Positions 13,349-26,357 are shown, counted from the first letter of the stretch. The stretch is DNA of 64,000 nt from Octopus sinensis (GCF_006345805.1 NC_043004.1:66836001-66900000); one strand, 5' to 3'. Notes: generated by a model not told the origin, from the sequence alone. Program-made: numbers and translations.

Positions 13349-13549
13349 AGGCGCAGGAGTGGCTGTGTGATAAGTAGCTTGCTTACAGGCCACATAGTTC
13401 CGGGTTCAGTCCCACCGCGTGGCATCTTGGGCAAGTGTCTTCTACTATAGTCTTGGGCCACCCAAAGCCTTGTGAGTGTATTTGGCAGATGGGAACTAAA
13501 GAAGCCCGTCGTATATATGTATAAGTATATATATATATGTGTGTGGGGG

Positions 13550-13580
<31 letters not shown>

Positions 13581-13750
13581 TTATGTGTCTGTGTTTGCCC
13601 CCCCCCCAACATTGATTAACAACAGATGCTGGTGTGTTTACGTCCTCGTAATCTAGAGGTTCGGCAAAAGACCTCGATAGAGTAAGTACTAGGCTTACAA
13701 AGAATAAGTCCTGGGGTCAATTCGCTCGACTCAAGGTTATGCTCCAGTGG
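13349..13750 (+). mobile_element. SINE family A
   Basis: AGGCGCAGGAGTGGCTGTGTGATAAG head, (GT)n middle and family A 3' body. Confidence 0.9.
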
Positions 13751-13826
13751 TATATATATATGTGTGGATATATATAGATAAACGTATGTATGAATGTATG
13801 TATATATGCATATATATATAATATAT

Positions 13827-13889
<63 letters not shown>

Positions 13890-13949
13890 ATATAGGCAAG
13901 TCGATTCTGAGTGCTCTTGTTCACATAAAGACAGAATGACCAGTAAAAA

Positions 13950-14270
13950 TGATCAGATTGATAGACTTCCACCTCATTCGTATAAAAAAATCCATCTAAG
14001 TAGAAGAGCCAAGCTCCTACCTTTCAGTGACTAACTTTGATTTCTTCCATCTATGGGAAAATAAACACCTCCTCCAGTTATCTGGAAGTTTTGTTGTCAT
14101 ACACACATTATACCTAATCCTTATAGAGTAGTATTCCTTTTTGTACAGTCTTCTGTCACTATAAGTCTACGATGTACATATAATTTGCGACATCGCTGTA
14201 CTCTATGCTCCAACCATTTTTATATCATATCGCATTATCTATTCTGATCATTCAATGTGTTTTAGCAATT
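13950..14270 (-). pseudogene. Possible old LINE reverse-transcriptase relic
   Basis: Manual translation ...IRYNVCMTTKLPDNWRRCLF...KKSK resembles the LxNxCxxxGxLPxxWRxxxVxPIxK segment of APE-LINE RTs. It has many stops. Confidence 0.3.
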
Positions 14271-14699
14271 GGAGCCTGGTTAAATAAGCAAACTTATTCA
14301 GCTGGAAGCATAGCTTCATAAGTCTCCATATTAGGCGACATGAGGTTTGTGTTAGAAAACTGTTAATTGATCGCTGGCAGTACCATGGATTAGAATGGAA
14401 ACTATTTGTATCGAAAGAGCCTTATTTAGTAGGAACACTGTCCACCAAAATTTCAGGAAAGCAAGTACAAAATATAATCCAAACATTTCTTTTCTCACAA
14501 ACTAACCGGTGGCTCTTCATTCCAGTTAACTCATTTATTTTTAATGGTTTGCGATAACTGAATTATTGAACACCCATTATTGTTGCTGATTTGCTTGCGT
14601 GATGTGACTTTCTTCTGTATATGCACCAACACGTTACTTAGAAGCATAAGAGCATATTTTAACTTATTCTGTCAGGAATTTTAGAAACGTTTTTCATTT

Positions 14700-14970
14700 T
14701 ACTTATTTCTTTATTGCCTACAAGGGCTTAAACATAGAAGGGACAAACAAGGACAGACAAAGGAATTAAGTCGATTATATCGACCCCAGTGCGTAACTGG
14801 TACTTATTTAATCAACCCCGAAAGGATGAAAGGCAAAGTCGATCTCGGTGGAATTTGAACTCAGAACGTAGCGGCAGACGAAATACCTATCTCATTACTA
14901 CCCACAGGGGCTAAACACAGAAAGGACAAACAAGGACAGACAAACGGATTAAATTGATTATATCGACCCA
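14700..14970 (-). mobile_element. SINE family C with a partial duplicated 3' end
   Basis: Reverse complement of ...CTACGTTCTGAGTTCAAATTCC...GTACCAGTTACGCACTGGGGTCGAT... as seen at 33289-33520. Confidence 0.85.
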
Positions 14971-17113
14971 TTGGTAACAAAATTCAGCCATCTCTTGTAT
15001 GTAATGCCGGGAGAAATCGTAATAAATATAAATGGTTTAGCTTATGATTCTTTAGTATAGGTATATTTTTAATAATATATATATTATAGACTTCGTTTGA
15101 TGCAGTTACATTCGATAAAAGGGTCTTAAAATAATTCACATACTGCTCCATAAGACATTTAATCATAAAGTTACTTGAAAATATGTCAACTACACTATGG
15201 TTCAAAATAAGTCTTAAACAATGTTTGTTACATAATAGTAAACGAATCCTTTAAAGTTTTTTTCGGAAACTGAGACACTCAACTAGTCAGGTTTATTACA
15301 TAGAAAAAGTTTCAAGAAAAACAGACCGTACAGTGCTTCTTCAAATTCCCATTGTCCACGATACAGCTATGTTAAATACAAATTCAGGGCCTTGCTGCAT
15401 ATTTTATATACTAAATTATTAACAAACATGCATTTAATAAATTTGTCTGTTATCATACTGACCCTTAACACATATTCGTTAACAATGCTAAATTTATCGA
15501 ATACATAAGATAAATAACTTTGACATATTTCTTGAAAATATTTATTATAATTTAGAATTGTCTGTCTTCAACTTAGAGATTATGTAAATTATCATGCCCT
15601 TGTTATACCCTTCCTTATAAATCTTTAAATTGTGAGTTTCTATCTAATTCCTTGTGTAGAGTCTCCCTGAGATCTAGTAAAACAAAACTTGTTTGAGAAT
15701 AATACATAATCCTATTCGCTTTAGTTATTAATAACCTGTGATAAAACATTGCACATTTATAATGTATGTTTCTATTAAGCATATAAATGATTTTCCACCA
15801 CACAATAAACTACCTACAATAATATTCCACCACCAATAAATTGATATGAGTGCATGTATTGAATGTATGTATATATGCCCACAATTACAATTTTGTGCAT
15901 ACCCAACTTGCATAGTCACATAATCGTGCACATAAATTATACTTTAAGCAACATAATGCCATTAATACCTGAGTAATCGCATAAGTTTCATACAATGGTT
16001 GTATCCAAGCCAGGACAGAAATTTAATCTCATCCACGTGATGCAACCGATATAAATAATATAAAGAAACGTTTAATACAATAACTGTAGGAACGTAAATT
16101 GTACAAAAGAATATGGCTCCTTAGTAAGTCACCTTGATCTTCGAGTCAGAACGTGAACCTAACTTATGATAGCATGACATAACTCAATGCCGTATATATA
16201 TTCATTCCGCTTCTCGAGGTTTCAGCAGAAGAATGTGTATTTCACACATTTTTCAGAACATTGAAAGATATAAATTTATTACTGAACACATATTGTTGCA
16301 GTGAACGTTACGTTCGAATTTATTGCATTCGAGAATAAATTTATGATGAGTAAACCTAAAGCCGGTCGCTAATAACCACACCTCTATATCATTTCGAACT
16401 GGATCTAGAGTAAGTGTTATTTGAAAAGCATAGCAATGTTATAGGTAGCTGCACGCTTTGCTTGGAATCTTTACAGATTCTAATCCCGCCATATTGACAT
16501 TCACTCATAGTGCTTTTAATGATGTGACAAACCATATTGGCATGGATTTCCAGATGATGTAAAATCGCTTTGTGTTACAAAGGTTAAATATAATAAAGGC
16601 CTTCATAAATTGAATTACGATAGAGAACACGATCAATAATACTGTAAATTTTGTAACACTAACTGGCAATGCTTCTTAGTATAATGTGTGTGCGAAAGAG
16701 TTGATGTTTGTTTTGTGAAACATGTGAAAATATGACTAAATATATTGTTTCCATATGTGTGTGAGTGAGCGTGTGTGCATGTGTGTGTATGTACGCATAA
16801 ATATACTCTCATAAATATAATATATATATATATATATACACACACACATATATATATGTATATACGTATATATATTTATATACATAATATATATTAATAT
16901 AGCTACATGCACAAGCACATACACACACACACACACACATATATATAAATACATGCATATATACATATGTTGTTGTGTCTAGGTAGAGTCATCATGCCAA
17001 TACAAAAACGAAATGTACATATACATGTATAAATATTCATACATATATATGTATATATAAATGTACATTTTTATGCATAAATATATATAAATATGAATAT
17101 ATATATATATATT

Positions 17114-17308
<195 letters not shown>

Positions 17309-17940
17309 TTATATATATATATAATATATGTATGTTTATATCATCATGCATATTTCATTTTATCTGATAGTTCGTATTGGTGTCTGATAATATTTGCATG
17401 GATCACACTGACAAGCATACAAGGGTATACCCCATCAGTCGCAGTTTCACAGACATGAAGAAAATCAAAGAAACACACGCACTATGATTAATAAAGAATC
17501 ATAAAAGTACTCGCGGTCGCCCATTACTATCGACAGTCACAATCACACGAATATAAACACATTGAAAGAATCATGCAGAATCGCATACAGATAGATGTAG
17601 AAGCAACTCTTGTCCCTGCAAGTATTCTTATAGAAAATCACACAAATATATACATACATGCTCATGTAAGCCTAAATGCATCGAAACGCAATCACAAATT
17701 CGTACGCACATGCGCAGAGGCAATAAGCGAGGAATTTCGCATCGTTCGATGAGCGTCATTTCGCTGTGCACTTAATTGGATCTATAACAATTATTTCCTC
17801 AATTTTGTTTACAGTATTCATGCACACACATACAGACGCCCGCACACGTAGAGACACGCAGACACACTCACTGTCACACACACACATATATGCATATACA
17901 TATGCATATGTATATGTATATATATGTATATATACGTATA

Positions 17941-17978
<38 letters not shown>

Positions 17979-17988
17979 GCACACAGAC

Positions 17989-18029
<41 letters not shown>

Positions 18030-18482
18030 CACACACAGACATATATATATATATATATATTAAAAGGATATCGTTATGTGCGTATATCTCGGTCTTAACT
18101 ATATATATGTATTCTCTTTTCATATGCGTGAAATTATATATATATATGTATATATGGATGTATCTATGTATGTATGCGTGCGATGTTAATCCTAATCAAA
18201 TTCATAATTTATCCAGTCGAAATCTGTTGTTCTCGTGGAATTGATTCCAAAATGGCTAACTAAATAAATGAATCTGATCTTTAGTAGTTGGACTGGCGTT
18301 TCTCGCAAAATCGATTGGAAGCAGCGAATGCAGCCGCTCTAAACATGTCAGGTCACCTTAAACTCTAAATCGCTTTGATACTACGCATGCTGTTAAATGA
18401 AAGACGATAATATTTATGGCGCTGGAATACTTTCTATAATGTAAAAGCATTTTGTCTGAAGCGCAAAAATATATAAAAAAGG

Positions 18483-18567
<85 letters not shown>

Positions 18568-18775
18568 TATATGTACATGTAGAAAAACAGCGAAAATTTC
18601 TGTTTTACTTTGTAATTTCCTGCGGGCTTAGTCAGAGACGGGAGGACGTTGACCTTTCAGTTTTTTGCATGCACGCCCCAACCTGGGTGCAGGGAGAGGG
18701 TAAAATGTTTTAGCACTCACAAGTTGATTGTCTGTTGCCTAGGTATGGTGATTCGGTCCGAATATTTTATTCTTA

Positions 18776-18960
18776 TCTACTTTTACTTGTTTTAGGCATT
18801 TGACTGCGGCCATGCTGGGGCACCACCTAGAATAGATTTAGTCGAATATATCGATCCCAGGAATATTTATTTATATTTATTTTTAAAAACTGCTACTTAA
18901 TACATTGGCCGGCTCTTTTGCCGAGCCGCTATGTTACGGAGGCCGAATACAGACATAAAG
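18776..18960 (-). mobile_element. SINE family A, 3' half, degenerate
   Basis: TTTTACTTGTTTTAGGCATTTGACTGCGGCCATGCTGG...GCCGAGCCGCTATGTTACGG. Confidence 0.75.
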
Positions 18961-18993
18961 ATACACACACATAAATATATACTTACGCATATT

Positions 18994-19076
<83 letters not shown>

Positions 19077-19114
19077 TGTGTGTGTGTGTGTGTGCGTGTG
19101 TGTGTGTGTATGTG

Positions 19115-19290
19115 TCGCCATGTTAGATCGTTAGCTACTACACACATTGTTTTTCTCCTTGTCTTTTTCTGTATCCCTTTCTGTAGAATAGCGTAGGCTC
19201 GAAAAGTAAAAGACTTTTTTTATTCCTGAGCGTATACTAATATATCTCTTTGTTTCGTCTTCGTCTTTTGTTTTTTCGTAAACTCTCCCC
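19115..19290 (+). repeat. Short interspersed U-rich element embedded between (TG)n and (TA)n
   Basis: A 175-bp non-simple block flanked by microsatellites, with a small AGC-GTAG-GCT hairpin followed by CGAAA. Family unassigned. Confidence 0.4.
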
Positions 19291-19297
19291 ATATATT

Positions 19298-19331
<34 letters not shown>

Positions 19332-19365
19332 ATATATATATATATATGTATATATATGGAGGATT

Positions 19366-19518
19366 CTTCGAATTTCAGTCTACCAGATCCACTCACAAAG
19401 GTTTTGGTCTGCCCGAGGCTATAGTAGAAGCTATTTGCCCAATATGCCACCCATTGGTACTGAGCCTGGAGCCATGTGGTTTGGAAGCAATTTTCTTACC
19501 ACACAGCCACGCCTGCGC
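19366..19518 (-). mobile_element. SINE family A, 5' half
   Basis: ...CTTACCACACAGCCACGCCTGCGC is the reverse complement of the head. Confidence 0.85.
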
Positions 19519-19748
19519 TTAGAAAGGAACCTAAAATAATTGGCACTCCGTCTGTTACGACGATGACTATTCCTGTTGATGCGATCAAAGGAAATGCTTG
19601 GTCATGAAATTCTGAAGCAAGTATGTGGCACAGCACTCACCAGACACGCGTATACACATCGTAGTTCTGAGACAGACTCAGTGCATCACAAAATTCAGCT
19701 TGATCATGGTGGTCTTTTGAATTACAGCCCCTTTTCTATTATTCTTTG

Positions 19749-20056
19749 GGTGGAGGCACATGGTCTAGTGGTTAGAGCAGCCGACTGGTGATCGAGGTAT
19801 CACGGGTTCGAATCTCAGACCGGGTGATGTGTGTGTTTATGAGCAAAACACCTGAGTTCCACGCGGTTCTGGCAGAAGTTAATGGCGGGCTTCTGCTGAG
19901 TCTTCCGCCACAACTTTCTCTCACTCTTTCCTCCTGTATCTAGCAGCTCACCTGCGACGGGCCGGCGTCCGGCCCAGGTGGGGAACCTATACGCCAAGGA
20001 GGCCAGGAAAAGGGCCCTATGAGCCAGGCGTGGCTCAAGAAGGAACAAACAACAAC
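19749..20056 (+). mobile_element. SINE family B variant
   Basis: GGAGGCACATGGTCTAGTGGTTAGAGCAG...GGTTCGAATCTC head and CCTATGAGCCAGGCG tail. Confidence 0.8.
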
Positions 20057-20489
20057 ATATCGTCTGGAGCAACATGAAAATGAAATATCTTCATCAAGGA
20101 AACCACGTGACGCTGGTCATGGAAGTCAAGACATAATCCACACACACATATATACTCGGATTTACCAAGCGAGAAATATCACCATTTGCTTTTTCAAGCA
20201 ATGTTGTGCACTTTGTGAAAAATTTTGTCTGCTGTTATACGCAGAAGGATTGGCATCCACAATCATTTATTAAAGGATTGGCAGCCACAATCATTGAAGA
20301 TGTTTGTAAGCGATTTGATGGTGATTTGGCAGCTATTTCAAGGAGGCCAATTGACCTTGGTAAGAACCCATACTGGGAGAGTATTCTTTAATACAGTTCT
20401 ACGACAATGTGAAAGCAACCCGTGTATTTACTGACAAAAATACTTTTCCTATTGAAGAGACTCATCTATTTGATTACCGATTATTTTCA

Positions 20490-20554
<65 letters not shown>

Positions 20555-20581
20555 TATATATATATTATATATATATATATA

Positions 20582-20631
<50 letters not shown>

Positions 20632-20852
20632 AGGTTTAGAGATGATGTACAGGTATTATATATTTGAAGAAATGAGGGGTTTTCAAATCAAAATAATTAT
20701 TTTGATTTGAAAAACCCCACTAGAATGGGAGAAAGCGCTTATGATCTAAGTAATATGATATATATATATAAAATGTAGTATATAAATAATTATCTGTAAA
20801 TATAAACCATCCGAACTTCTGATTACCTCATTTCTTCTAATATATATATATA

Positions 20853-23043
20853 TGTCCTTATACGATAAGTATATTTTTTTCTCAAGCTTTGATACGACTC
20901 TTATCTGTCTCTTTTTCTCTCTCTCTCTCTCTCCCCCCTCCTTATTCCACTTCCGTTCTTTCCCTCTCCATCCGTCCCCCCCCCTTTCTACGTTTCTCTA
21001 TCTCTCTCACCTCCAGCCCCCTCGATCTGTCTCTTTCTTCTCCTCCCTCGTCCACTTCTCTCCCTTTTCATCTGTCCCTTTCTCCTGTCTTTTGTTCTCA
21101 CGTGACAGCTAGCCGCTGTTGAGCGCTCTTTTCGTTTTCAGCAGCCTCAGAAGCAACACGGATTTGTTCGTCTCCCCGTGGCCTTTAGGCACAACTTCAC
21201 AAGCCAGCCCCTACTCAAATCGTCCTGTCGAAAGACCCTTGTCCTACGTCCTGGTTTTGTTTTGTTGTTTATTTTTTATTTTTACCGTTATTGTTTTTAC
21301 GTTTTTGTATTCTTATTGGTGTCACGTATTCTGTATTTTTGTTTGTGTACTTCGATCGTTTTCCGTCCTTTCGTTGTATACATTCGAAGCTTTGGGCTGG
21401 CCATATCGGAGCAATCTCAAGATTAATCAGCCGAAATTGCTAAGATGATCTGGTTCTTGACTGATGACTGAGGGCTTCGAATGTCCCGTCCTGTGGTTCT
21501 TGTGTCGTCTCTGTGGTGTTTCATGTTCTTGTCCATGTCTGTATTTAATTTTACTGTTTACCTATATAATCGGCGGCTACGTATCCACAATTGTCCTTAT
21601 ACGATAAGTATATTTTTTTCAAGCTTTGATACGACTCTTAATCTGTCTCTTTTTCTCTCTCTCTCCCTCCTCCCTTATTCCACTTCCGTTCTTTCCCTCT
21701 CCATCCGTCCCCCCCCCTTTCTACGTTTCTCTATCTCTCTCACCTCCAGCCCCCTCGATCTGTCTCTTTCTTCTCCTCCCTCGTCCCCTTCTCTCCCTTT
21801 TCATCTGTCCCTTTCTCCTGTCTTTTGTTCTCACGTGACAGCTAGCCGCTGTTGAGCGCTCTTTTCGTTTTCAGCAGCCTCAGAAGCAACACGGATTTGT
21901 TCGTCTCCCCGTGGCCTTTAGGCACAACTTCACAAGCCAGCCCCTACTCAAATCGTCCTGTCGAAAGACCCTTGTCCTACGTCCTGGTTTTGTTTTGTTG
22001 TTTATTTTTTATTTTTACCGTTATTGTTTTTACGTTTTTGTATTCTTATTGGTGTCACGTATTCTGTATTTTTGTTTGTGTACTTCGATCGTTTTCCGTC
22101 CTTTCGTTGTATACATTCGAAGCTTTGGGCTGGCCATATCGGAGCAATCTCAAGATTAATCAGCCGAAATTGCTAAGATGATCTGGTTCTTGACTGATGA
22201 TGAGGGCTTCGAATGTCCCGTCCTGTGGTTCTTGTGTCGTCTCTGTGGTGTTTCATGTTCTTGTCCATGTCTGTATTTAATTTTACTGTTTACCTATATA
22301 ATCGGCGGCTACGTATCCACAATTGTCCTTATACGATAAGTATATTTTTTTCTCAAGCTTTGATACGACTCTTAATCTGTCTCTTTTTCTCTCTCTCTCC
22401 CTCCTCCCTTATTCCACTTCCGTTCTTTCCCTCTCCATCCGTCCCCCTCCCCCCCCCCCCTTCTACGTTTCTCTATCTCTCTCACCTCCAGCCCCCTCGA
22501 TCTGTCTCTTTCTCTTCTCCTCCCTCGTCCACCTTCTCTCCCTTTTCATCTGTCCCTTTCTCCTGTCTTTTGTTCTCACGTGACAGCTAGCCGCTGTTGA
22601 GCGCTCTTTTCGTTTTCAGCAGCCTCAGAAGCAACACGGATTTGTTCGTCTCCCCGTGGCCTTTAGGCACAACTTCACAAGCCAGCCCCTACTCAAATCG
22701 TCCTGTCGAAAGACCCTTGTCCTACGTCCTGGTTTTGTTTTGTTGTTTATTTTTTATTTTTACCGTTATTGTTTTTACGTTTTTGTATTCTTATTGGTGT
22801 CACGTATTCTGTATTTTTTTGTTTGTGTACTTCGATCGTTTTCCGTCCTTTCGTTGTATACATTCGAAGCTTGGGCTGGCCATATCGGAGCAATCTCAAG
22901 ATTAATCAGCCGAAATTGCTAAGATGATCTGGTTCTTGACTGATGACTGAGGGCTTCGAATGTCCCGTCCTGTGGTTCTTGTGTCGTCTCTGTGGTGTTT
23001 TTTTCTGTCTTGTCCATGTCTGTATTTAATTTTACTGTTTACC

Positions 23044-23046
<3 letters not shown>
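20853..23046 (+). repeat. Head-to-tail array of three ~733-bp non-coding units inserted in (TA)n
   Basis: TGTCCTTATACGATAAG at 20853, 21592 and 22324. The same spurious ORFs recur three times in the track. Both ends abut (TA)n. Confidence 0.97.
21380..21484 (+). ncRNA. Candidate permuted/pseudoknotted hammerhead-like motif (also in units 2 and 3)
   Basis: AGCAAT-C-TCAAGA (21410-22), AGCC-GAA-ATTGCT (21429-41), TCTTGA-CTGATGA (21455-67). Stems I and III are in hammerhead register; stem II needs an insertion. Confidence 0.45.
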
Positions 23047-23081
<35 letters not shown>

Positions 23082-25052
23082 TATATATATATTTTGTTTT
23101 TTAGACATACACACTTGCATACACACATACACACAAATATATTATCTTTTACTTGTTAGAGTCAGTGGACACCAGCCATTCTGGGGCACCACCTTATATT
23201 GTTTAGTTGGACAGAACAACCACTGTACTTGATTATTCATAGGTTTGGTACTTTTTCCCTGAATTATTTTCGCTGAAACATTAAGTTTCGTGTACAGTAA
23301 AAAACCATCAGCGATTGTCAAGCAGTAGGGGTGTGTGTGACGAACACAACGGCAAAGACGTATACACATCTTACTTTTATTGTAAAATATTACGATTGAG
23401 GTGCAGTTACATTACGAAAAACTGCCCCTGACGCCTTGCGTAAAATGAATATATTTGTTGCAAAAAAAGGTATTTACGATCATACGAGTAAAAGCATTTC
23501 AGCACAACATTGTGCTTTAACTGATATTGGGTTGGTTCTTAATATTTCAAGATTAGTTATGACATCTGTATTCTGTAAAGATTATTCTTTCAACATTCGT
23601 CACAGGATTCACTGGTTTTATCTATTCCTCAATACTGCTTTTCTATTTTTTCCTTCTCTGTGCAATGTAGTTAAAGTAGCCTTCGGGGGAAAGTATTAGA
23701 AATAGTTGTCATATCCATCCCAGATCTCATCTTCCCATCTTAATAAAAACGAACACATCATGTAATAGAATTTTAGATAATGTTTGCTTGAAAATAGGAG
23801 GAATGTAAAGAGCTTGTCAATCGTTGAAGAACGATTTACTCAGCGAATTAAAATGCAACACAGCACTTCAAAGTAAAAATGGCGATTTCAGAGTAAAAAC
23901 GCAATACCCATTTCATAAAACTTCGACTGATTTTAACTGCTTATACATTAAACTGTAATTTTATTTTTTAAATAATATAATCATTAAAGTAACTCAGCAT
24001 TGTAGGAGCGAACTTCTATCTGAAGCTATTCATAATTGTTCTGTAAAATGTCTGTGGATGTACTCGACACGCTTTCTCCCAAAGAGAAATAATTTGTGTG
24101 TATAAAATATCCGCCAAAAGCGAAGCTTTCGTAATGCAACATTCGTGACATTTTGGAATAATATAACCTGTAAAACACCACAGTTTTGTGGGAGTGATGC
24201 TTCCATTAAAGCTATTTCTAATAGCTGTTTAAAATATTTGTTGATGTATCCAATATGCTCAATCTCATATACGAATAATATGTGTTTGTATGAATTACCT
24301 AGAAAGAAAAAACAAATTAACACTCTCAATTAGACATTTGCGTAGATAAATCAAAATCAGACAACGTAGCATATTCATATACAAATCATAATTGGGTGTC
24401 ACTGGGGTATCTAGTTATGAAAACAAAATCTAGAAGCGACTTTGATCTTATTATGAGCTTACGTCTGGTGACTTTATTAACGTGAACTGATAATTAACCT
24501 GACAAGTTTCACATAGTAACCGTCCGTTATGGTGTATTGATGGTGTAATTTCTTTTAAATATATAATTTTTTTCTGGTTTTTGGTGGATGCTTATCTCAC
24601 CTTAAAATCGATATTCCTACTTTCAAGTCTCGTGGTCAAATTTTGTAATTATTAATCTCATTTTCAAATGGCAATAACTCATTTTGAAATTAAATCAACA
24701 CCGTTACTGTTATACATATAGTAGAAAAAGAGGGCGAACTCTGACTCTACTTTCGTATTCAGTACGTTTATCCGCGTGGGTATCGGTACGCATGTATGTA
24801 TGTGTGTACATATACACAAGCGTAAATACATGCATACATATATGCATGTATACATGCATACATACATATACATATACGTACACGTACGCATGTGTGCATG
24901 TATGTATATATGATTATATATAGATGTATGTATATATATATATATGTGGTGTGTGTATTTATATAATGTGTGTGTGTGTATTTATATATAATTATATATA
25001 TATACACACTCACACACACACAACACACACACACACACATATATATATATAT

Positions 25053-25133
<81 letters not shown>

Positions 25134-25135
<2 letters not shown>

Positions 25136-25517
25136 CAATAATAAATCTCTGAGCGAGGTATAAACAGTAGCTGCACGACATCGTGATGTATATTTGCCAC
25201 TTAAATGTGGCTAAACCTCAAGGGTGGATGCTACTGTAGCTTGTAGCCCCAAGAGGCCACCTCATCCAGTTAGCTATTAACACACTTTCTTTGATCTATC
25301 AATATTTGCAAAGGGAAGTCATACTTCCCATCTTCAATCTGACATGATACACACGGACTCGAGATTCTGGGTATTGACTAGTCATCAGCGTGTGACAATC
25401 GCTGATTGCCGATGATATGTGGGTTCCCCTTGCAAATATATATCCTTATTCCAGTGACGAAAAGTCAGATATCGAAAAAGTGTAAACAAGCAATAATAAA
25501 TCTCTGAGCGAGGTATA
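25134..25517 (-). mobile_element. ~355-bp non-autonomous element (family M): one unit plus a 29-bp partial tandem copy
   Basis: AGCAATAATAAATCTCTGAGCGAGGTATA at 25134-25162 and 25489-25517. The body is homologous to 31386-31830 and 56010-56538. Confidence 0.8.
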
Positions 25518-25526
25518 TATACTTTT

Positions 25527-25892
25527 ATTTGTTTTATTCTTTTAGTTGTTTCAGGCATTTGACTGGAGCCTTTTAGCCGAAGACATCGACCCCAGAACTT
25601 ATTCTTTATAAGCCTAATACTTATTCAATCGCTTCTTTTTGCCTAACCACTAAGTGACGGGAACGTAAACACACCAACAATGGCCGTCAAGCGATAGTGG
25701 GGGAGGGGGAAACACAGACACAAAGGCACACACACACGACGCACGCGCAAACATACACACACACACACATACTTAGACACACACACACGTATATATGACA
25801 GGCTTCTTTCAATTTCCGTCTACCAGATCCACTCGCAAGTCGTCGGGTGGCACGAGGCTATAATAGAGAACAAACACTTGCCCAAGGTGCCA
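25527..25892 (-). mobile_element. SINE family A, degenerate, lacking the extreme head
   Basis: Family A body on the minus strand with a (CA)n middle. Confidence 0.8.
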
Positions 25893-26326
25893 TCTAAATG
25901 TGCGTGTACGTGTGTATGCATGTGCGCGTGTGTGTCTTTGTGTGCGTGTGTGCCATATCTGATGCTTTAAGTTTGCCTGTCCTCAACCGTTGCAAAGTAA
26001 TATTCCAAATAACTGGCAAAGATTTTTCTCTTGTCCAACTGATGATCATTATAATCATACTCGTCCTCAAAAGTTCAACCTCCGCATAATTATGATGATA
26101 ATGATGTGTTAGGGGAGAGCGAGAGGGACAAAGGGCGATAGATAGACAGAGAGAGACACGTAGACACAAACAGATAGATAGATAGATAGATAGATATGTA
26201 GGTAGGTAGATATATATATTTCTTATTTTTATAAGAATGCCATATTAGTATGGCGATAGCTATTATTTTCCGGGAACGCTGCCGCTGTTCTCTTTTAGAG
26301 AGACTTAGTTATTTTAATATTTCTAT

Positions 26327-26357
<31 letters not shown>

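Noticed and set aside
19181-19218. Hammerhead-like CTGTAGA..AGC-GTAG-GCT-CGAAA-AGT..ACTT
   Set aside because: A6 is T, G10.1 is mismatched and no stem I can form. At best a decayed relic.
20274-20357. Apparent 84-nt exon (LAATIIEDVCKRFDGDLAAISRRPIDL|GTAAG)
   Set aside because: The 3' half matches the common GATTTGGC(A/T)GCTATTTC repeat also seen near 37430, 44480, 45885 and 54715, and the 5' part is a local 23-bp duplication.
21119-22922. 109-aa and 82-aa ORFs repeated in each tandem unit
   Set aside because: They have non-ATG starts or low-complexity U-rich sequence, are frameshifted in unit 3, and show no recognisable domain.
20853-23046. CRISPR-like or satellite interpretation of the array
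   Set aside because: The units are entirely repeated with no unique spacers, and the context is eukaryotic.
25134-25517. 29-bp direct repeat as a target-site duplication
   Set aside because: The repeat is homologous to the element end in the 31.39 and 56.52 kb copies.
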